A DNA stretch of 64,000 nucleotides from Oopsacas minuta (Eukaryota > Animalia > Porifera). Where the stretch lies: the NCBI GenBank assembly GCA_024704765.1, contig JAKMXF010000333.1, positions 1-64,000 on the forward strand. The letters run 5' to 3'. The notes beneath the pieces are model-generated. The model was not told the origin of the DNA and made no database searches. It saw only the letters and a list, made by a program, of their open reading frames with translations. Both the position numbers and the translations under genes were made by a program. Shown piece by piece: positions 36,096 to 49,500 of the stretch. Every line of letters starts with the position of its first letter. Position 1 is the first letter of the stretch.

Positions 36096-36432
36096 TGACA
36101 TCAAAACTGACACCATTTACAATCTCAAGTGACCTACTCTATGTGAAGAGAGTTAAGAATGGTGAAACAATCCACTGCGGTATAAGAGGGACTATTTAAC
36201 TAGGAACCTGACTGAGATAGAGAAAGGGCTTGTCGTTTGTAAAGTGTGTTCTGGAATAATGCAGGAAGCTTCTCTTTGGAAAGGGCAGACAACTTGTTTG
36301 GTTTGTAGTGAATCTCCATCAGGGTTAACCTCGGTTCAAATGGTAGATGATGCAGTCAATCAACTGGAAATCCAATGTCCTGATCTCTGCGGTTGCAACT
36401 TGAAAGGAACATTTTCAGAAGTGGAATAACAT
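36096..36432 (+). pseudogene. Truncated tandem paralog of the TRAF-like gene 5' end
   Basis: GACCTACTCTATG...TATAAGAGGGACTATTTA(A/G)CTAGGAACCTGACTG and CSGIMQEAS...CLVCSE match 34400-34700; ends in a stop at 36427-36429. Confidence 0.85.
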
Positions 36433-37201
36433 TTCGAATTTTTTCGAGCTTCTATCATTACTGTAGTAGTAGAGTACCACCTGAAGTGTTGGATTTTCAT
36501 TTTTCAATTTACTACTTTAAAGGAAAACTGGTTTAGAAGATAATTCTGTCTGCGACACTAAATATACAATGCAACATTGCATTGAATATTTGCTTGTAAC
36601 CAGATTGCATCCTGTATATGAAGTCGTTCAAACGTTACCATACTTTCCAACTCTTCCGTTGGTTGGCGGGACATCCAGATTTCTCGGCCCGGATATGTGT
36701 TGACTGTCAATGAGGCTAATGTTCATCCCAAACTTGCCAAACCCTTAATTGTTCCTCTATTTTGTAGTCCAGTCTAATACAAATATGATACGTCCGACTA
36801 TGTCCCGCTCAATAAGTCCCTTCTGTCCTGCTTTTTTCTTCACTCAGGTTAGAAAGTATGCGTTTCTTAACGCAAAATTCCCTAAATTTTGATTCACTCC
36901 TCCCTGTGTTACGCATTTTCACCGTTTTCAAAATGAATGAGACTGTCACACATCAAAAACCACCCCACTCGCCTTGTAACGTGAGTTATGTTTTGAACGG
37001 CCCTTATGTATACAGTTGCACCTCGTTAATTCAAACCCAGTTAATAGAATTCCCGTGTAAGGCGCACATATATTCGCATATATTCTGTTACCTACAATTG
37101 TTGTTCAATTTGTATTACTCTGACTAAGGCGAAGCAATTTTGACCGTTCGTTTGTGTTCGTATCAACGAAGTTAGGTTGTATGTTAGAAACAATTCATGT
37201 A

Positions 37202-37302
37202 CAGTGGAACCCCGAAATACGGTCACCCTCGGGACCGAGAAAAATGGCCGGTATATCGGAGTGGCCGCTATTTTGGGGTGACCGTTAAACGGGGTTCCAC
37301 TG
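37202..37302. mobile_element. 101-bp hairpin MITE with TA TSD
   Basis: TA|CAGTGGAACCCCG..ACGGTCACCC...GGGTGACCGT..CGGGGTTCCACTG|TA. Confidence 0.8.
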
Positions 37303-37650
37303 TACTATTTAATCGCATAGTTATTGATCCAGCTTCTCCCAAGGTGCGTTAGTAATGTTGGTACAAAGTTTTCATGGATTTCTAATTATTATGGGGGACA
37401 GAATATTATATATATGATACCCCCATTCCTGAATATAATCAGAGTATTAAGCGCTCCTCATTTTTTGGACCGCGTCTTGCTCCGTCTCTATTTTTAGATA
37501 GTACTTCTTCCTCAACACTATATAACTGGAGTAATACCAATTGAATAACCATTGTAGAGGCCTGATTTCTGTTGTTCGCCTTATGCAGAAATTCTTATTC
37601 AATTAATAGTGTTAGTATTAACTACGTTCCCCTATATTGCTTTTGAACAA

Positions 37651-37811
37651 CAGTGAAACCTCCACATATGGGCCTGTGGAAACGGAGTGAAAATAAAGCA
37701 TATTCCTAGTCTCATGCAAATGAACTTCCACAAACATGGGATTTGGCAGAAACGGGAAAATGAGGTAGCAATATTCGGCTTTCTGGCACTCCGTTTGTGG
37801 AGGTTACACTG
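37651..37811. mobile_element. MITE (CAGTGAAACCTCCAC...GTGGAGGTTACACTG)
   Basis: Imperfect TIRs; TA on the right. Confidence 0.65.
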
Positions 37812-38765
37812 TATTCATATTTATATGTAACTACTGAATTTGGAGATTTTATAAAAATCCACTTTCACAGTATACCCGCTATATAGTGATTTTTTACTTC
37901 TCATTTATTTTACGCGTCTAAACCATGCATTTAGTTTCACGAATGGGTGTATTGGTAGGGATTGCTGTTATTCTTTCTCTAGTTACGTGAAAATGACATG
38001 ATTTATTTGAAATACCTTACTTGACCTTATCTATCGTAGATAAGACCTGGCCAAGCCTGTACAGATTATACGGGATCAATTGACAGCCCTGTAATTATAT
38101 TGCAAGTGCTAAAATATGGCTCAGCCTTCGAATAACGGACAGCTGCTCTGATTCCCAAAATATCCATTTTGCAGATGCTCTACTGTATATGATTATATGA
38201 ATAAGAGTATACTTTGATAATCAAAACGAAACAACGATGCAGTTTAATTAACTCATTACAAATCTCAAATTCCATTATAATCCATTAAATGCGTAGCATC
38301 AGTTTGTTAGTCACATGACTGAACAGCAAATCAAACATAGCACTGGCGATAATACCTGTTAGATTGGTCGCTTCCCTACCAGATGTGGCAATAATTTAAA
38401 TTTTTAATACTTTTACAAGAAAATGAGAGCAATAATAATCATATGTTCATCATGTTATGATATTTATGGGAGCCCAAATTCGAAACCAACCTATTATCCC
38501 CCGCGATCGCGGCCCAGGTATGCTCGTTGTAAACCTAATTCTACAAAGTTTTGAATTTGTTTACTTTTTATTTGTAAATGAAACAAATTCACCACATCCT
38601 GTTGACAATCATATTCTGAATCCGTTAAATATATACCACCACATGCATACATAGTTTGGTTAGTAATTATGTCAGTCTTTAATATTTTTGTGATTAACTC
38701 CATGCCATAATTGTCAAGCACCTCAACTTATACACTTACTAAAAGCCCGTTTAGCAGACGAACCA

Positions 38766-39467
38766 ATGACTACTCCAGCGCCAGGTTCTCCTTGTGTGAT
38801 TTGTCTAGAACCAGATGTACAAGTTAGAGGCAGACTTAGCACGTGCAAACATATATTCTGTTTCTTCTGCATTTCCCAATGGGCCTTGGCTTCAAATACT
38901 TGTCCACTATGTAAATCTAAGTTTAGATGTATTTCCGAGTTGGTAGTTAGCACTGGAATTGTTCTGTCGAAGAAAAGAGTTGGCGAGAAATCTCAAGAAA
39001 TAGAGTCTGAATTTGATGAGTTAGATTTGAGTATTGATGACGTATCTGAGTTGAGGAATTCAATACGGAGTAAATACATGCGAGAGATTAACTCAATTGT
39101 ATATCAATCTGATTCTTCTGACGAAGACTTCAGCGAGTTTATTGTACCCGATCACTTTGATTCTGATAGCGAGAATTTTACCCCTCAGCTAGACTCGAAT
39201 ATTTTGGATGAAATTGAAGTGATTAGTGATTCATTTGATATGCAGGATTCATCTATTCCACAGGTGTTAACAAGTGTACAGTTAGAAGATAATCGAATTG
39301 TTTCAGAATATTTTCTACCAAATTCACGAAATGTAAACTCAAAGGCGGCTAAAGATCAGCCTAGAAACCATTTGAAGATTGGAAAGAAGGCGAAATGCCA
39401 TAAAATGGAAGAAGAAATTCTGGAGAATATTAGAAAATTTGGGAACACTGGCTGGATTTCGAAGTAA
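38766..39467 (+). CDS. C3HC4 RING-finger protein (PHRF1/SCAF11-type RING) with acidic disordered region
   Basis: CVIC...CKHIFCFFCISQWALASNTCPLCK followed by an acidic low-complexity tail; 233-aa single ORF. Confidence 0.8.
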   Translation: MTTPAPGSPCVICLEPDVQVRGRLSTCKHIFCFFCISQWALASNTCPLCKSKFRCISELVVSTGIVLSKKRVGEKSQEIESEFDELDLSIDDVSELRNSIRSKYMREINSIVYQSDSSDEDFSEFIVPDHFDSDSENFTPQLDSNILDEIEVISDSFDMQDSSIPQVLTSVQLEDNRIVSEYFLPNSRNVNSKAAKDQPRNHLKIGKKAKCHKMEEEILENIRKFGNTGWISK

Positions 39468-40113
39468 TTCTTCTTATTACTTTATTTGGCAATTGCTTTA
39501 GTACAGCTTAAACTACAATAATTATTTGTATTGAACTGCTTCATTATTATTAAACAGTATCTAAATTCATCTGAACTATTTTCTGTTTATTTTAGAGATT
39601 ACAATTGTAATGAATGTGTGTTTTGTTTGGCAACTACTTGATCACATCAAATAGACATGCAGTAGAATATTGCTTCTATTGTTAGATAACTTAGTAACTG
39701 TGTAGGACCCAGCCTCGGGTCCAGAAGGGAACTCTCCTTAACATTAGCCCCAATTTCCCTGGGAAGGTACAAGTGATTGGGAGGGGCTTGATGAAACTGT
39801 GCTCAATTTTTTGTACCTGAATTAGATAAATATATTCAAAATTGAGCTCATCCTATAGGGAGATGCCCATTGTCATGAAGATATGCTACATACTTAAGTT
39901 GGTACGTCACTCTGGTAAATTAATTATCTTACTGTATGTAATCAGTTTTTAGCTGATTGGTATTTTCTCTCATTATTAGTACAGCGGCAATAGGAATACA
40001 GTAGTAAAATGGGAGATTTGCATCATTTTGCTGGTTATTACAGATTCAAACTTTCTGTATAGTCGTGGTAAATGTGTCTAGAATTTTATATATATTTTCT
40101 AATACCCTCCATT

Positions 40114-40257
40114 CAGGGGTTTATACAAGAATTACTGGGTCAGCACTTTTTAGGACGGTAACATATTGATCCTGTACAAAAGATTCAGTACTTTGTGGCC
40201 TACATAGTGCTGAACTGGCACTTTTAGGCCCCCGCCAAGCACCTAAATAAACCCCTG
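40114..40257. mobile_element. hAT-like MITE
   Basis: TIR CAGGGGTTTAT/ATAAACCCCTG; flanks CCTCCATT and CTTCCATT (7/8 match, 8-bp TSD). Confidence 0.65.
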
Positions 40258-41748
40258 CTTCCATTTCATCTATTAAGTTAATTTTATTCAGTAGTCTTTA
40301 CTTCCAAACGTTCGTCCACAATTAATGGTAGTGGGGGCGCTCCATTCCTGGCCATTTCAAATGTACTTTTCGGTTAGTTTAGATTTTTGTTAATAGAAAT
40401 CTGGTAGCAGTTCTTTTTATTGAAATATCTTTTTGTTATAGTTTGTGTAATAATTTTGATTTACTTTCTGTGTAAAGATAACTTGCTATGTGAAGTAATG
40501 TGTTCCAGAATATGGCTTATTCGACACAATTAGGGACTATATTACATAATTGTTTTATTATAAAACTGAAAATCATCTTCTATGTAAGTGAAATTTTGGA
40601 ATTATATTGTTGTTTACTATTTAAGTTATATCAGTTCTGCGAGAGTATAACATAAATGCTGGCAAAAATGGTTATCCATATTTTCACGCCTTTGGGCTAA
40701 TATTTTAGATGATATTAATTATTTATAGCTGACGATTAATTATTGTTCATTTGGTAGAGCCAAGAGCGAGGTTTGAGTTGCACTCCCAGTCTGTCAGCTG
40801 GACATTTTTTGTAATTTCTTAAGGGGTAACCTTCTTTCTCAATATTCTAAGAATATTCTTTTACCGAATTTTCGGTGCCCTGTTCTTCATAACTATCCCC
40901 AGTGGCGTGCCATGAAGAAGCGCACCAGTTGAATGGGTTGACAACGTAAATCGAGCCTGGAGGTATGAAAAGTAGGTACATTATCTGTTCCAAGAATTGG
41001 GAATCACCTAGGGAATGATGTAACAATGTATTTCCTTCTGTCGTAGTGCATCAAATTGTAATGTGTTTAAACTCATTATTTCGAGTTTAACTCTTGATTT
41101 AAAAAACGAATTGTAACATCAACTCATCACTTGAATGAATTGAATGAGTTGATACACAAAACATGAGTATTTTTGTCAACTGAAAATGTGTTAATACAGC
41201 ACTGAATTTTAATTAATATATTATTTACAGATCTTAAATTTTATTAAAATTAGTATCTGGTTATGAATATCTAAGATTTATCACTTTTATGATTCTAAGG
41301 AAGTCTATTTGTAATTATATTTAACATTTCCCATTTGTAATTATAAACTAAATCCAGTAAATGAAAATCAAACAGATTCAGGTGTTTCGTCTGGATAGAC
41401 GAGATTTTTGCTACATTTGAGATCCTAAAAATACCAATTTACACTTTCAATGATCTTAAATGTATATTGACTTATCAGTTGTCATAAGCCAAAAAATGCT
41501 GATTCGGAATTTGCTTCGACATCTATCTTGCTGTTGCCTATAATGTTCATTATGATGTTCTTTTAGCTTTGACTAAATTTCATTCTGAAGATTTAATGTA
41601 GTTTTATATCTTTTCTTGAAGTGTGTTTCAATAAAAAAAGAAATCTTAATAAATGCATATACAAGCGTGAGAGCGTGAGAGTTTACAACCCTGGTGCCAA
41701 GGGATTTAGGTAACTTTCAGGGGAAGATTGGACCCTGATATAGACATA

Positions 41749-41923
41749 CAGTGGAACCTGCATAAACTGACACCAGTATAATCTGGCAGACCTGTATAAT
41801 CCGACTGTGTTTCTGATCTGAAATAGCTTCTGACAATACAAATACCTCTGCATAATCTGACAATTTGCAACCCCGACAATATTTTCATATCCGAACGAGT
41901 GTTGGATTATGCAGGTTCCATTG
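41749..41923. mobile_element. MITE with TA TSD (CAGTGGAACCTGCATAA...TTATGCAGGTTCCATTG)
   Basis: Near-perfect TIRs flanked by TA; accounts for the short spurious ORFs at 41683-42167. Confidence 0.75.
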
Positions 41924-42644
41924 TAACACTGTAACACTGGTTGGCAAGTATGCTAATAAATTGACATTTTTGGTCCTGGGGTGTTCTAGATCCGCAATGA
42001 GTTCGTTTCAACAGCTTCTCAGTTGTGAGGGAACATGGTTGAGATATTACCACGAGCTGTACTCCCAGTGTATAGGCTGGACATTTCAGATCTTAGGTGG
42101 ACAAGTATATGGGTACATGTATATACCTGCAACTATGAAAGGTATTGATAATTTTATATACACATAATTCCGTGTGGAATTTGTGGAATTTGAGTTATTT
42201 ATATCATTTACCTTCTAGGTTTATATTACATACATTCTTACGTTTGATATTGTAACTAGTGGCGTCAGAGCAGGGAACTGGGGGGCTCTAGTCCCTCCAC
42301 TTTTTTTTTTTCACTTTTTGGGACTATCAAAATAGCGTATCAATTTAAGTCACAGCTATGTCGAAATGTTTTCGGACTGAGACTGTTGTGTGTAGACCCA
42401 CCTCCAGCCTTTCAATTATTAGATTAGTTTCAAATTTGTTCTGGCCAGTGTTGATTGAAGTGGAAATTTGTTGGAGGCTCAGATTATCGTCAATCTCTAA
42501 TTGGAAAAATTGTAATGAATTATCTTAATTTACACTTTATTCAATTATGTATTATCGTAAGAACATTTCATTTTCTATTATAACTTACGTAAATTTATAA
42601 ATAGGTCCCGTCACTTTAAATTTGCTTTCAACGCACCTGAGTGT

Positions 42645-42860
42645 AATCTATATTATTAAATCTCAATTGTTGTCTGTGTTTCTGTTTGTTTCTTTGTCCG
42701 TTGTTAAGGATAGGATTTACGGTAAGCAATTTTGAAATTGTCGCATAACTATGTATTTATCGTGTTTTTCAAGGAAGTAAATAGAATTCAATAAAATTTA
42801 ACTAAATATATCGAACATGCTGAATTCACTGCGAAGTGACTAGCCAAAGGCTCGTGTATA
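42645..42860 (+). mobile_element. Non-autonomous Helitron-like element
   Basis: A|TCTATATTATTAAATCTCAATT 5' end like that at 13164; ends ...GTATAG|T; internal core shared with 27740-27940 and about 56730-56830. Confidence 0.5.
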
Positions 42861-42921
42861 GTAAATCCTTCAGTATGTACATAAAGCGTATAAGTTACCT
42901 GAGAATATATTACTTTTTATA

Positions 42922-43572
42922 ATGGAATTTCCAGTTATATTATCCACAAATCTCCCACAAGATGTATGTGGGATTGATGAGAGGGTGAGGGTGGATCCCA
43001 TGACATCTCCTCCATATAACTGGATATGTTTCTTGTCGATAGAGTCACATGACGGACGGAAGTAGATTGCTAGCGGTTTCAAGATAAACTTACCAGAAAT
43101 CAACTGCATGTCAGTTGTTATCAGCGGGCATTGTACCTACGTAATAACAATTATGCTAAGAAGATTTTGGTTACTTTTCCTAATCAAGGAACTGTTACTG
43201 CCTTCGCGAAAGTTCTCTTGCACCACCTTCTGAATTTCCAGTACATATCCTAAGTGCTGAATGGGATAATGTGTACATTAGGATGGATGGATCTGGTATG
43301 AACAAGCCAAATGCCTCAAGTGGTGATTGTGTTAATTGTCAATATGGTGCTAGAAGCTACGAGCAATTTTTTTACCGCTCTGAGGGGAATGGAGGATTAG
43401 ATGGCAAATTCTCCTTTCGAAGCATTTATTTTCCGCACTGCTACCTTCGTCTTGACGGAACTAACGTTGTCGCACACACTGGTCCTGGTGGTGGTACAGT
43501 AAATTGCCAGTATTATGACAATCCTAGTAGCGCTTTGCCAATGGTGTGATGGAAACCTTTTACATTTCATAG
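42922..43572 (+). pseudogene. Internally deleted copy of the V8-like protease/beta-trefoil gene
   Basis: Near-identical to 59411-59702 joined to 60261-60620; about 558 bp missing; same TAG at codon 48 (43063); extra 1-bp deletions. Confidence 0.9.
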
Positions 43573-44724
43573 TTGGTTATTTTAGTAGATTCGTTTCCTC
43601 TAACTTGAGTTAGCTATAGATTCTAGAGCATTCTACTTATAGTTATCTTTACGTATCTAGCTTGTGTTTAGTTACTGGTTTGTATATATACTCTAATTCA
43701 ATATTATAATAGGTATTGTTGTTCTCAAATTATCCCTTAAAACTTCGTTCACTCTCTCAACACACAGTGTAATAACTAACAAGTAAGTTGAATCCTAACT
43801 TCGTTTTTACTTTGCCGACTATACTATAGTGGGCCAGTACTGAAATGTTTATTATATTTCTCTGTTTGTTATACATAAACCCCGACCTATTACTCTCATG
43901 TACTGGTCATATAGACAAGTAATGATAATATTTTCTATGAACAATATGGCCCTAACATAACATTGAGTGGATAATTCGCATAATTTACAAGAATATTTTG
44001 AATTTATAAACTTAGTAATACAAGAAATTGCTACAAATGCTGGGCCACCATTTGGTGGGTCACTTTGAGCGTATGCTGTTATGTTAGCCAAACTATAATA
44101 GATTAAGTGCTGAAACTTTCAATATAAAAGACAATTACCGTTGTGTGTGCATAAAAAGCTTTTGTTCTGCCACTTTTGTGTCACTTTTACACTTTCCAAA
44201 CATAGAGATTGTAGTAGTATTATTTTTACTATTGGCTACTAGGAGCAAAATTGTAATGTAGAGGTTATATTCAGTAATTAATAATAATACTACCATCGTA
44301 TATTAATATTATTAATTAAGCTTAGTGTACATTGGTTAGAGTCTTTAGACAATATGGAAAAATAAATATCGACACAATAGACTCAATTCCTCTGACGTCA
44401 TTAACTACATAAAACTTGAAACGGGAATGACTCAATAACGATAGCAGCTAGTGTAATGTACTCGAACCTCTCTTATCAGGACCTCCGAGATACGGGCAGC
44501 TCTTTCAACCAGGTACCATTTTTCCAGAAGGATTGAAATTACTGACCATTTTATAATAGAGCTGTCTTACTTGTACTTCATATCAACACGTTTCTGTACA
44601 TGCAATAGCCTGTGGGCTATAGTACGTAATATTGCAGCCTTAATTTCAAGGGACAGCTCAAACTTTTCGTAACAATATGGAAAGGCGAGGGAAGTGTATG
44701 CAAAGTATGAGCCCCATTCCTTTT

Positions 44725-46048
44725 GGGTCTAGCACATTTGCGTACATCACACTTGCGTACAGTATGTTATTATTTGTTGAATTCAAACAAATTCATATAT
44801 ATATTTAATGATTAGGCCATGTAAAATAAAGTACTTGTTTCTCATCCACTTTTTTCTGCGAAATAGGGGCGGAAGGCGGCATTTTATTTTTATTTTTTTT
44901 TGCATAGCGTAATTTTACTAATTTATTTAAACTATCTCGTTAATACGAATTTCTGATAAGACGAACAATATTCGTACATAATCAGGTCCCTACAACCATA
45001 CTTCAATGGATATTACTCCGGTTTATGAGCTCCAGAAAGGTGAATAAATTTTAACCGTACGGTCCATTGGTGTTCGTATTAAGCTTACACTGTATATGGG
45101 AAAACGCGATTAATCTATAATTGTATATAATAATAATGATAAAAATAATAATAATAAAAATTTAGTGCACACCCCAGGGCTGATTTTTGCCATGCAGGGA
45201 GGGGTATTTAGGCCTGACTCGGACAGGTCTGAGTCTTGGACGAAAATTCACACCTGACGAAATTATGATGCCATTGCCACCTTTTTGTGCCATCGGCTAG
45301 CCAGATCTTTGACATGGTCAAAAATTCTATGTTCTCTTTATTTGCAAATATCACTATCCTATCGGGGCCAATGCCAGAGTCGTAGAATAGAAAATTCCTG
45401 TTAGAAAATGTCTTGATGTTTTCAGCGTCTAACTGAAGTTCTTCAAGAGATACTGGATTAGGTGGAGCAACACGTTGCCTTTTATACATCATTTTCAGGG
45501 CGTGTTGATTTGGAAGCAGAGACTTCGCAGATTCAGACAATAAACTGGTCATCTCTCCTATCGCAACGTGTGGATTGTCATTAGTTTCTCTCCCTCGCTT
45601 CCTCAATAAATCTTTCATGACTGTTACCTCATCTTTACCGTATTCCTGTGGGTGAGAATGTTTCCCAGACTTTTTGATGATTGTCTCATCAACGGAGTGT
45701 ATTCTAGCTTTACATCCTCGCACGTCACACCGCCACTCCTTTTTGATAGCTCCCCGATGGAAAATATACAAATATCCGTCGTAGGATAATTTGTTAGTCC
45801 CCTTTGAAGATTTGACTATTTGGAATGAAGTATCGCTATTGGCAGACATTAGATACTTGGTGATAAAATATCCAGCTCATCCAATGCATTTTATAGATCT
45901 CGAAATAATTTTGTAATTAGAGTTTATTTATCTGTGAAACCTTTAATTAACTTGTCAAATATACATTACATTGTACACAACTGTGATGTACGCAACTGTG
46001 AACATAAACATTGTACGCAAGTGTGATGTACGCAAATGTGCGGCTCCC
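44725..46048 (-). mobile_element. Mutator/MULE element with truncated FLYWCH-transposase
   Basis: TIRs GGG....GCACATTTGCGTACATCACACTTGCGTACA; 9-bp TSD ATTCCTTTT at 44716-24 and 46049-57. ORF 45208-45849 has YDGYLY..W.CDVRGCKAR...HSH and WLADGT (first catalytic D), then is cut by another repeat (also seen at about 26580). Confidence 0.9.
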
Positions 46049-46511
46049 ATTCCTTTTGTATTACAAAAGAGTCAAAATACCTAACATAGGGAGGGATTTT
46101 GCGTTACGTTGATATATGAAATGATAAAGAATATGGGCGGGCATGCCCACCCATATTTTGAACATAGCCTTACATCATCCTAAATTAAATCCTGCATTGG
46201 TCCGGCTCTATTATTAGCTGTTCTCAGGATTAATTAAGTCATCTGATTGTCTGATAAATAATTCATAAATTTTCAATCTCCTCTCTATTTTATTCACTCT
46301 TCTTTCTGATATTACAATATAGAATTTAGTGTACAGTAAACATTGGATTTAACGACAAATTTTTCTTGCCCAGTAATACCCAGCAGTATATGAAACTACA
46401 TCGGATTAGCAATCAATCGGATAATTCTACCTTTTTAGTCTACCAAAATGAGTGTCGCTAAATCCAATCTTTTCTATATTTTCATCTTTTAATCTACTCT
46501 AGGAAATTTCT

Positions 46512-49500
46512 ATGAAGTTGACGATACTTCTCGCTTACTACCTTATTTTGCCGGTCATTTACCTTGTAAGTTAGACTGTTAGATTATACTATGTGTACCG
46601 TATTCCTCTGAATAGTAGCCTCCTGAGCTGAGGGGTCCTAAAATCTAGAACTGCCGGTTGCTATATTGAATGATTACTGCCCGTATATTTACTTATATGC
46701 TGTTGCTCAGAATAAATTCATGGTAATAACAATGGGTATGATTATATAGAGATTTACGTGTTAATAATCGCCCCAGCTATTATTCAAGAAAATACTGTTT
46801 ATGCAATTCAGAGTAGTTATGAGCCTTGAACTGTCTGACGGATTAATCGTAGGTCCGTGGAAGCATAACCTATGACACAATGAATTATTGAGAAGTTAAC
46901 TGATTAACCCATCGTGTACGTCTAATCGGGTAATTGAGACTATATTTATTCATAGTAGAGACTCCAAAGTACTTACAAAAGTGCCTGAAGCAATTCGATC
47001 TCAGTTAGTTACTATGTCAAATATGCACTTGTAGCAGTTAGATGTGTATTGTAACTGGATCTTAGATCTATATTCCAAATGGGTCACGGAACCGTTACCC
47101 CCTGAGTCGGACCCTGCCCCATCTGACCCAACAGCTCATTGGCTCATGCATACTTACATTGCCTCCCGGGATTATTCCTACATTTGACAAAATCCTGCGG
47201 AGAATTTGAGAATCCAGGTTTAGTAACTTTGTCCTTTCCCCAAATAATAGCCTGAAATTGCTATGATTTATAAAATCCAGAGAATCTTTCGAAAATTCAG
47301 TGAAATTATTGTAAGGGGTTATTAAGTATACCACTCATGGCATACAATATACAAGGTTGGACAAAATATCAAAAATATCGGAAAATAATTTTCAATATTG
47401 ATTTCCGATATTTATCGAATCGGGGAATTTTCTGATCGTATCGTATCTGAGATTTTTAACCGCTGTCGATATTTGCCAAGCCTTGTAATAAATATTACAT
47501 AAGCATATGCTTCATCGTACTACCGCCCCTACCTCCTAGAGACGGCCCTGTCCATAATTAAGATTCGTTATTTATTTACTGTACTCTCACAGAAAGGAAC
47601 AAGTGGGACTGGAAAACTCACTATCAATTACATAGACTTCGATACAAAGGGAAGAGATATTGATGGTGCATATTGCGACCTCGGTTTATTTTATTACAAC
47701 GCATGTGGTCCACTTTTCAAAATTTGTCTAAGATATGGACACAGCACTTCTACATTTGATTGTAACTCAGGGTCATCAACCTTCTCCGAGATCATCACAG
47801 ATTATTATACAGACACAGATTTTGTGACATTTGGTACATCTCTCGGTGAAGTAACTAACCCTGTCGAGTATTCAACAGAAAACTCATTCGATGTAAGTTG
47901 AATGAAATTCAATAAACTGACATTATTTAGTTATGTTCTATATCTGATTAACAGGACTGTCAGCTACATATAGTATGTCACACAGACACAGGTATGCTTG
48001 CCAGCTGTCTCGCATAGAGCTAGAAGTCCAGCTCTTTCGGGCATTTGTTGAGTGATAATTAAATCGGAATAGTCCAGTTATGGTAGCCAGACATACTATT
48101 ATACAATTATTTTAAAATCTAGCAGCCCGATTAACATGAAAATTGGTATACATATACATTTTGGGTTGGACATTTGCACCTCGGGTATAAATTTTTCTAA
48201 AGTGAAATTTTAGTCGATTAATCATATTTTCACACCTTTTGCATATATTCGAAATGATGCTTCAGATTACGTTTCAAAAGTTAGACAAGGGGTAATTGCA
48301 GGATAATTATTCGGAATCTTAACCATAGGATTTGAGGATAAAACATGAAGTACAGTAGAGGATTATTACTATTGAGTATCATGATAGTAAACACAGCTTG
48401 GTATTGTATTTAACCCAGTGTTGCAGCGGTCCGTGAATTTCATGGACGGTGGACCGGTCCAGACCGATAGCATAAACCTAGTCAATTCATGTTCAGCCAC
48501 CCTAAAGCTACCCCAGTATTTGGTTGAAAGGAAATTTTTGGATTATTTAGAAAATAGTACACAGCAACAAATATTCACATTACATAGTTGAAATATCTTA
48601 TTCGAATTCAGCATACTCGATTACCCAACGTAATGGTTTACTTTTCCTATATCGTCACCAGAAGGATATGTTATTTCCTATATTTAATAAATATACACAG
48701 ATCGTCTTCCCCTATTATTATAATTCAAAGTACGTAGACAAACAAACAAACAAAAAGCAAATACACTCTCAGAATAATTGAGTTTTGATACTTAGTGATT
48801 ATTTTCTATTTAGGGAAATTTTGAAATTTCAATTGTTGCAATTGATACAGATGGATTCTGGAATGGAGGAGATGACGACATAGATCACATAATTATTAGA
48901 ATTTCAGCTATAAAGCAAGCAAATTTCGGTTCTACTTTAACCTACGAAGGATTACGTCAATCATTCAAGACTACAGCTAGTCTTCAGTACAAGTTTACAT
49001 GTGATGATAACTACTATTCTACTTTTTGTACAGTGTATTGTATAGCTGAAGATAGTACAAGTGGTCACTACACTTGTAACTCTGTAACAGGTGGAAAAAT
49101 TTGTAATACAGGCTATAGCGGAACAAATTGTGATGTCGGTGAGATTTTACGTTTTCCTATACTTATTTCGTGTTTCATTACTGTCTACTCCCGTCATATT
49201 GAACACATATATCCAAATATACTCCCTTAAATCGATTTCTGAAATTATACAAATATGGTCCCAAACTGTAAAAAGTAACATAAATTTCTCTCGTTATATA
49301 CAACTCCGCTATATCGTAGAAATTATCGCATTCCCTTGAACTTCTATATAACGTCACCTGAATGTAGTACTGCTATTGTTTGGCGTACAATATCCGATTG
49401 TTTTTCTTCTGAATACCATCCTTATCGATGTATAAATGTAAAATGCAAAGTTCTCAGAGCGAGAAGGCAAACCCACATCAGCTGCCATAAGATTGAATTT

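Noticed and set aside
38494-38721. Possible divergent gene sharing a promoter with the RING gene
   Set aside because: No consistent exon chain or recognisable domain could be built.
40740-41051. Minus-strand frame MHYDRRKYIVTSFPR*FPILG... with several TGA/TAG stops
   Set aside because: It may be a decayed gene, but I cannot assign a family. Reading TGA as Trp is unsupported because intact genes here use TGA as stop.
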